Shown piece after piece: positions 56,201-64,000 of a DNA stretch of 64,000 bases. Each line of letters starts with the position of its first letter. Position 1 is the first letter of the stretch. Source of the stretch: Eledone cirrhosa (lineage: Eukaryota); assembly GCA_964016885.1 (NCBI GenBank), contig OZ024744.1, positions 22,444,001 through 22,508,000 on the forward strand, given 5' to 3'. Under the pieces are notes generated by a model. The model did no database searches and was not told the origin of the DNA. It saw only the letters and a program-made list of their open reading frames with translations. A program made the translations under genes and the position numbers.

Positions 56201-57409
56201 AATAGGTGGGATGTTGTCGTGGTGGTCATTTAGGTTGACATTGATAACATAGGTGGGATGTTGTCGTGGTCAGTTAGCTTGACATAGATAACATAGGTGG
56301 GATGTTGTCGTGGTAGTCAGTTAGGTTGACATAGATAACATAGAGTGAGATGTTGTCGTGGTGGTCAGTTAGGTTGACATAGATAACACAGAGTGAGATG
56401 TTGTCGTGGTGTTCAGTTAGGTTGACATAGATAACATAGAGTGAGATGTTGTCGTGGTGGTCAGTTAGGTTGACATAGATAACATAGAGTGGGATGTTGT
56501 GGTGGTGGTCAGTTAGGTTGACATAGATAACATAGGTGGGATGTTGTCGTCGTGGTCAGTTAGGTTGACATATATAACATAGAGTGAGATGTTGTCGTGG
56601 TGGTCAGTTAGGTTGACATATATATCATAGGTGGGATGTTGTCGCGGTGGTCAGTTAGGTTGACATAGATAACATAGAGTGAGATGTTGTCGTGGTGGTC
56701 AGTTAGGTTGACATAGATAACATAGGTGGGATGTTGTCGTCGTGGTCAGTTAGGTTGACATATATAACATAGGTGGGATGTTGTCGTCGTCAGTTAGGTT
56801 GACATAGATAACATAGGTGTATGTTGTCGTGGTGGTCAGTTAGGTTGACATAGATAACATAGGTGGGATGTTGTCGTGGTGGTCAGTTAGGTTGACGTAG
56901 ATAACATAGGTGGGATGTTGTCGCGGTGGTCAGTTAGGTTGACATAGATAACATAGAGTGAGATGTTGTCGTGGTGGTCAGTTAGGTTGACATAGATAAC
57001 ATAGGTGGGATGTTGTCGTGGTGGTCAGCTAGGTTGACATAGATAACATAGGTGGGATGTTGTCGTGGTGGTCAGTTAGGTTGACATAGATAACATAGGT
57101 GGGATGTTGTCGTGGTGGTCAGTTAGGTTGACATAGATAACATAGGTGGGATGTTGTCGTGGTGGTCAGTTAGGTTGACATAGATAACATAGAGTGGGAT
57201 GTTTTCGTCGTGGTCAGTTAGGTTGACATAGATAACATAGGTGGGATGTTGTCGTGGTCATTTAGGTTGACTTAGATAACATAGAGTGAGATGTTTTCGT
57301 GGTGGTCAGTTAGGTTGATATAGATAACATAGAGTGAGATGTTGTCGTGGTGGTCAGTTAGGTTGACATAGATAACATAGAGCGGGATGTTGTCCTGGTG
57401 GTCAGTTAG

Positions 57410-60400
57410 GTTGACATAGATAACATAGGTGGGATGTTGTCGTCGTGGTCAGTTAGGTTGACATAGATAACATAGGTGGGATGTTGTCGTGGTCATTTAG
57501 GTTGACTTAGATAACATAGAGTGAGATGTTGTCGTGGTGGTCAGTTAGGTTGATATAGATAACATATAGTGAGATGTTGTCGTGGTGTTCAGTTAGGTTT
57601 ACATAGATAACAATGAGTGAGATGTTGTCGTGGTGGTCAGTTAGGTTGACATAGATAACATAGAGTGGGATGTTGTCGTGGTGGTCAGTTAGGTTGACAT
57701 AGATAACATAGGTTGGATGTTGTCGTCGTGGTCAATTAGGTTGACATATATATAACATAAAGTGAAATGTTGTCGTGGTGGTCAGTTAGGTTGACATAGA
57801 TATCATAGGTGGGATGTTGTCGTGGTGGTCAGTTAGGTTGACATAGATAACATAGAGTGAGATGTTGTCGTGGTGGTGAGTTAGGTTGACATAGTTAACA
57901 TAGGTGGGATGTTGTCGTGGTGGTCAGTTAGGTTGACATAGATAACATAGAGTGAGATGTTGTCGTGGCGGTTAGTTAGGTTGACATAGATAACATAGGT
58001 GGGATGTTGTCGTGGTGGTCAGTTAGGTTGACGTAGATAACATAGAGTGAGATGTTGTCGTGGTGGTCAGTTAGGTTGACATAGATAACATAGGTGGGAT
58101 GTTGTCGTGGTCAGTTAGGTTGACATAGATAACATAGGTGGGATGTTGTCGTGGTCAGTTAGGTTGACTTAGATAACATAGAGTGAGATGTTTTTGTCGT
58201 GGTCAGTTAGGTTGACATAGATAACATAGGTGGGATGTTGTCGTGGTCAGTTAGGTTGACATGAGTTAACATAGGTGGGATGTTGTCGTGGTCAGTTAGG
58301 TTGACTTAGATAACATAGAGTGAGATGTTTTCGTGGTGGTCAGTTAGGTTGATATAGATAACATAGAGTGAGATCATTGTCGTGGTGGTCAGTTAGGTTG
58401 ACATAGATAACATAGAGCGGGATGTTGTCCTGGTGGTCAGTTAGGTTGACATAGATAACATAGGTGGGATGTTGTCGTCGTGGTCAGTTAGGTTGACATA
58501 GATAACATAGAGTGAGATGTTGTCGTGATGGTCAGTTAGGTTGACATAGATAACATAGGTGGGATGTTGTCGTGGTGATCAGTTAGGTTGACATATATAA
58601 CATAGGTGGGATGTTGTCGTGGTCAGTTAGGTTGACATAGATAACATAGGTGTATGTTGTCTTGGTGGTCAGTTAGGTTGACATAGATAACACAGGTGGG
58701 ATGTTGTCGTGGTGGTCAGTTAGGTTGACGTAGATAACATAGGTGGGGTGTTGTCGTGGTGGTCAGTTAGGTTGACATAGATAACATACAGTGAGATGTT
58801 GTCGTGGCGGATAGTTAGGTTGACATAGATAAAATAGTTGGGATGTTGTCGTGGTGGTCAGTTAGGTTGACATTGATAACATAGGTGGGATGTTGTCGTG
58901 GTCAGTTAGCTTGACATAGATAACATAGAGTGAGATGTTGTCGTGGTGGTCAGTTAGGTTGACATAGATAACACAGAGTGAGATGTTGTCGTGGTGTTCA
59001 GTTAGGTTGACATAGATAACATAGAGTGAGATGTTGTCGTGGTGGTCAGTTAGGTTGACATAGATAACATAGAGTGGGATGTTGTCGTGGTGGTCAGTTA
59101 GGTTGACATAGATAACATAGGTGGGATGTTGTCGTCGTGGTCAGTTAGGTTGACATTGATAACATAGGTGGGATGTTGTCGTGGTCAGTTAGCTTGACAT
59201 AGATAACATAGAGTGAGATGTTGTCGTGGTGGTCAGTTATGTTGACATAGATAACACAGAGTGAGATGTTGTCGTGGTGTTCAGTTAGGTTGACATAGAT
59301 AACATAGGTGGGATGTTGTCGTGGTGGTCAGTTAGGTTGACATAGATAACATAGAGTGAGATGTTGTCGTGGTCAGTTAGGTTGACATAGATAACATAGA
59401 GTGAGATGTTGTCGTGGTGGTCAGTTAGGTTGATATAGATAACATAGAGTGGGATGTTGTCGTGGTGGTCAGTTAGGTTGACATAGATAACATAGGTGGG
59501 ATGTTGTCGTCGTGGTCAGTTAGGTTGACATATATAACATAGAGTGAGATGTTGTCGTGGTGGTCAGTTAGGTTGACATAGATATCATAGGTGGGATGTT
59601 GTCGCGGTGGTCAGTTAGGTTGACATAGATAACATAGAGTGAGATGTTGTCGTGGTGGTCAGTTAGGTTGACATAGATAACATAGGTGGGATGTTGTCGT
59701 CGTGGTCAGTTAGGTTGACATATATAACATAGGTGGGATGTTGTCGTGGTCAGTTAGGTTGACATAGATAACATAGGTGTATGTTGTCGTGGTGGTCAGT
59801 TAGGTTGACATAGATAACATAGGTGGGATGTTGTCGTGGTGGTCAGTTAGGTTGACGTAGATAACATAGGTGGGATGTTGTCGTCGTGGTCAGTTAGGTT
59901 GACATATATAACATAGAGTGAGATGTTGTCGTGGTGGTCAGTTAGGTTGACATATATATCATAGGTGGGATGTTGTCGCGGTGGTCAGTTAGGTTGACAT
60001 AGATAACATAGGTGGGATGTTGTCGTCGTGGTCAGTTAGGTTGACATAGATAACATAGGTGGGATGTTGTCGTGGTCATTTAGGTTGACTTAGATAACAT
60101 AGAGTGAGATGTTGTCGTGGTGGTCAGTTAGGTTGATATAGATAACATATAGTGAGATGTTGTCGTGGTGTTCAGTTAGGTTTACATAGATAACAATGAG
60201 TGAGATGTTGTCGTGGTGGTCAGTTAGGTTGACATAGATAACATAGAGTGGGATGTTGTCGTGGTGGTCAGTTAGGTTGACATAGATAACATAGGTTGGA
60301 TGTTGTCGTCGTGGTCAATTAGGTTGACATATATATAACATAAAGTGAAATGTTGTCGTGGTGGTCAGTTAGGTTGACATAGATATCATAGGTGGGATGT

Positions 60401-62530
60401 TGTCGTGGTGGTCAGTTAGGTTGACATAGATAACATAGAGTGAGATGTTGTCGTGGTGGTGAGTTAGGTTGACATAGTTAACATAGGTGGGATGTTGTCG
60501 TGGTGGTCAGTTAGGTTGACATAGATAACATAGAGTGAGATGTTGTCGTGGCGGTTAGTTAGGTTGACATAGATAACATAGGTGGGATGTTGTCGTGGTG
60601 GTCAGTTAGGTTGACGTAGATAACATAGAGTGAGATGTTGTCGTGGTGGTCAGTTAGGTTGACATAGATAACATAGGTGGGATGTTGTCGTGGTCAGTTA
60701 GGTTGACATAGATAACATAGGTGGGATGTTGTCGTGGTCAGTTAGGTTGACTTAGATAACATAGAGTGAGATGTTTTTGTCGTGGTCAGTTAGGTTGACA
60801 TAGATAAGATAGGTGGGATGTTGTCGTGGTCAGTTAGGTTGACATGAGTTAACATAGGTGGGATGCTGTCGTGGTCAGTTAGGTTGACTTAGATAACATA
60901 GAGTGAGATGTTTTCGTGGTGGTCAGTTAGGTTGATATAGATAACATAGAGTGAGATCATTGTCGTGGTGGTCAGTTAGGTTGACATAGATAACATAGAG
61001 CGGGATGTTGTCCTGGTGGTCAGTTAGGTTGACATAGATAACATAGGTGGGATGTTGTCGTCGTGGTCAGTTAGGTTGACATAGATAACATAGAGTGAGA
61101 TGTTGTCGTGATGGTCAGTTAGGTTGACATAGATAACATAGGTGGGATGTTGTCGTGGTGATCAGTTAGGTTGACATATATAACATAGGTGGGATGTTGT
61201 CGTGGTCAGTTAGGTTGACATAGATAACATAGGTGTATGTTGTCTTGGTGGTCAGTTAGGTTGACATAGATAACATAGGTGGGATGTTGTCGTGGTGGTC
61301 AGTTAGGTTGACGTAGATAACATAGGTGGGGTGTTGTCGTGGTGGTCAGTTAGGTTGACATAGATAACATACAGTGAGATGTTGTCGTGGCGGATAGTTA
61401 GGTTGACATAGATAAAATAGTTGGGATGTTGTCGTGGTGGTCAGTTAGGTTGACATTGATAACATAGGTGGGATGTTGTCGTGGTCAGTTAGCTTGACAT
61501 AGATAACATAGAGTGAGATGTTGTCGTGGTGGTCAGTTAGGTTGACATAGATAACACAGAGTGAGATGTTGTCGTGGTGTTCAGTTAGGTTGACATAGAT
61601 AACATAGAGTGAGATGTTGTCGTGGTGGTCAGTTAGGTTGACATAGATAACATAGAGTGGTATGTTGTCGTGGTGGTCAGTTAGGTTGACATAGATAACA
61701 TAGGTGGGATGTTGTCGTCGTGGTCAGTTAGGTTGACATTGATAACATAGGTGGGATGTTGTCGTGGTCAGTTAGCTTGACATAGATAACATAGAGTGAG
61801 ATGTTGTCGTGGTGGTCAGTTATGTTGACATAGATAACACAGAGTGAGATGTTGTCGTGGTGTTCAGTTAGGTTGACATAGATAACATAGGTGGGATGTT
61901 GTCGTGGTGGTCAGTTAGGTTGACATAGATAACATAGAGTGAGATGTTGTCGTGGTCAGTTAGGTTGATATAGATAACATAGAGTGGGATGTTGTCGTGG
62001 TGGTCAGTTAGGTTGACATAGATAACATAGGTGGGATGTTGTCGTCGTGGTCAGTTAGGTTGACATATATAACATAGAGTGAGATGTTGTCGTGGTGGTC
62101 AGTTAGGTTGACATAGATATCATTGGTGGGATGTTGTCGCGGTGGTCAGTTAGGTTGACATAGATAACATAGAGTGAGATGTTGTCGTGGTGGTCAGTTA
62201 GGTTGACATAGATAACATAGGTGGGATGTTGTCGTCGTGGTCAGTTAGGTTGACATATATAACATAGGTGGGATGTTGTCGTGGTCAGTTAGGTTGACAT
62301 AGATAACATAGGTGTATGTTGTCGTGGTGGTCAGTTAGGTTGACATAGATAACATAGGTGGGATGTTGTCGTGGTGGTCAGTTAGGTTGACGTAGATAAC
62401 ATAGGTGGGATGTTGTCGTCGTGGTCAGTTAGGTTGACATATATAACATAGAGTGAGATGTTGTCGTGGTGGTCAGTTAGGTTGACATATATATCATAGG
62501 TGGGATGTTGTCGCGGTGGTCAGTTAGGTT
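57410..62530 (+). repeat. Tandem block duplication, offset 2,583 bp
   Basis: TTTTTGTCG occurs at 58191 and 60774, GACATGAGTTAAC at 58258 and 60841, and AGATCATTG at 58371 and 60954. The offset drops to 2535 distally after loss of one monomer near 61960. Confidence 0.85.
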
Positions 62531-64000
62531 GACATAGATAACATTAAGTGAGATGTTGTCGTGGTGGTCAGTTAGGTTGACATAGATAACATAGGTGGGA
62601 TGTTGTCGTGGTGGTCAGCTAGGTTGACATAGATAACATAGGTGGGATGTTGTCGTGGTGGTCAGTTAGGTTGACATAGATAACATAGGTGGGATGTTGT
62701 CGTGGTGGTCAGTTAGGTTGACATAGATAACATAGGTGGGATGTTGTCGTGGTGGTCAGTTAGGTTGACATAGATAACATAGAGTGGGATGTTTTCGTCG
62801 TGGTCAGTTAGGTTGACATAGATAACATAGGTGGGATGTTGTCGTGGTCATTTAGGTTGACTTAGATAGCATAGAGTGAGATGTTTTCGTGGTGGTCAGT
62901 TAGGTTGATATAGATAACATAGAGTGAGATGTTGTCGTGGTGGTCAGTTTGGTTGACATAGATAACATAGAGCGGGATGTTGTCCTGGTGGTCAGTTAGG
63001 TTGACATAGATAACATAGGTGGGATGTTGTCGTCGTGGTCAGTTAGGTTGACATAGATAACATAGAGTGAGATGTAGTCGTGATGGTCAGTTAGGTTGAC
63101 ATAGATAACATAGGTGGGATGTTGTCGTGGTGATCAGTTAGGTTGACATAGATAACATAGAGTGGGATGTTGTGGTGGTGGTCAGCTAGGTTGACATAGA
63201 TAACATAGGTGGGATGTTGTCGTGGTCAGTTAGGTTGACATAGATAACATAGGTGTATGTTGTCTTGGTGGTCAGTTAGGTTGACATAGATAACATAGGT
63301 GGGATGTTGTCGTGGTGGTCAGTTAGGTTGACGTAGATAACATAGGTGGGGTGTTGTCGTGGTGGTCAGTTAGGTTGACATAGATAACATACAGTGAGAT
63401 GTTGTCGTGGCGGATAGTTAGGTTGACATAGATAAAATAGGTGGGATGTTGTCGTGGTGGTCAGTTAGGTTGACATTGATAACATAGGTGGGATGTTGTC
63501 GTGGTCAGTTAGCTTGACATAGATAACATAGAGTGAGATGTTGTCGTGGTGGTCAGTTATGTTGACATAGATAACACAGAGTGAGATGTTGTCGTGGTGT
63601 TCAGTTAGGTTGACATAGATAACATAGAGTGAGATGTTGTCGTGGTGGTCAGTTAGGTTGACATAGATAACATAGAGTGGGATGTTGTCGTGGTGGTCAG
63701 TTAGGTTGACATAGATAACATAGGTGGGATGTTGTCGTCGTGGTCAGTTAGGTTGACATTGATAACATAGGTGGGATGTTGTCGTGGTCAGTTAGCTTGA
63801 CATAGATAACATAGAGTGAGATGTTGTCGTGGTGGTCAGTTATGTTGACATAGATAACACAGAGTGAGATGTTGTCGTGGTGTTCAGTTAGGTTGACATA
63901 GATAACATAGAGTGAGATGTTGTCGTGGTGGTCAGTTAGGTTGACATAGATAACATAGAGTGGGATGTTGTCGTGGTGGTCAGTTAGGTTGACATAGATA

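Larger units (their letters stand above)
1..64000 (+). repeat. Tandem satellite DNA array, 44/47/48-bp monomer, about 1,360 copies, open at both window ends
   Basis: Monomer starts at 1, 48, 96 and onward continuously to the window end. The consensus is GTCAGTTAGGTTGACATAGATAACATAG[GTGGG|AGTGAG]ATGTTGTCGTG(GTG). No non-repeat sequence or inversion was seen. Type A composition is G17 T15 A11 C4. Confidence 0.99.

Noticed and set aside
1-64000. CRISPR array (conserved repeat with a variable segment)
   Set aside because: The variable part is only 7-8 bp and takes a few recurring states. There are no unique 25-45-bp spacers, leader or cas genes.
1-64000. Plus-strand coding sequence
   Set aside because: The consensus monomer has stops in all three frames (TAG at 7, TGA at 12, TAG at 17, TAA at 21, TAG at 26).
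1-64000. Transcription-factor site array (AGATAA GATA motif, TGACA, TTGACT W-box variant)
   Set aside because: Short motifs are expected by chance in one 47-mer and are multiplied by amplification. There is no independent evidence of function.
1-64000. Canonical telomerase-synthesised telomere tract
   Set aside because: TTAGG is never tandem. The unit is 44-48 bp, and variants are inherited in kb-scale blocks, which is inconsistent with copying from one short RNA template.
1-64000. Pure sequencing artefact such as a rolling-circle concatemer
   Set aside because: Variants are shared in ordered, nested, region-specific patterns rather than as random errors on a single template. Individual near-identical duplications could still be assembly errors.
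1-64000. Hidden transposon, inversion, RNA gene or unique island
   Set aside because: None was seen on reading through. Every line conforms to the monomer in the same orientation, and the largest deviation noticed is a 9-bp internal duplication.

Overview
The whole 64 kb window is one uninterrupted, head-to-tail, single-orientation tandem satellite array of roughly 1,360 monomers, most likely eukaryotic heterochromatin (centromeric, pericentromeric or subtelomeric). There are three main monomer forms. Type A is 47 bp (GTCAGTTAGGTTGACATAGATAACATAGGTGGGATGTTGTCGTGGTG). Type B is 48 bp, with AGAGTGAG in place of AGGTGGG. A 44-bp short form lacks one GTG. I found no genes, RNA genes, transposons, CRISPR spacers or unique sequence, so no novel gene system can be supported. 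The information lies in the ordering of variant monomers. These form higher-order repeats (HORs) of 1,737 bp (37 monomers), 2,284 bp (49 monomers), about 2,388 bp, 4,600 bp (2,205 + 2,395) and 2,583 bp. The diagnostic variant set turns over near 31.8 kb. Each monomer carries a TTAGG telomere-like pentamer, a strong G-over-C strand skew and two small dyads, and the A/B polymorphism sits in the loop of the larger dyad. All offsets were counted by hand from diagnostic variants, and domain boundaries are approximate.
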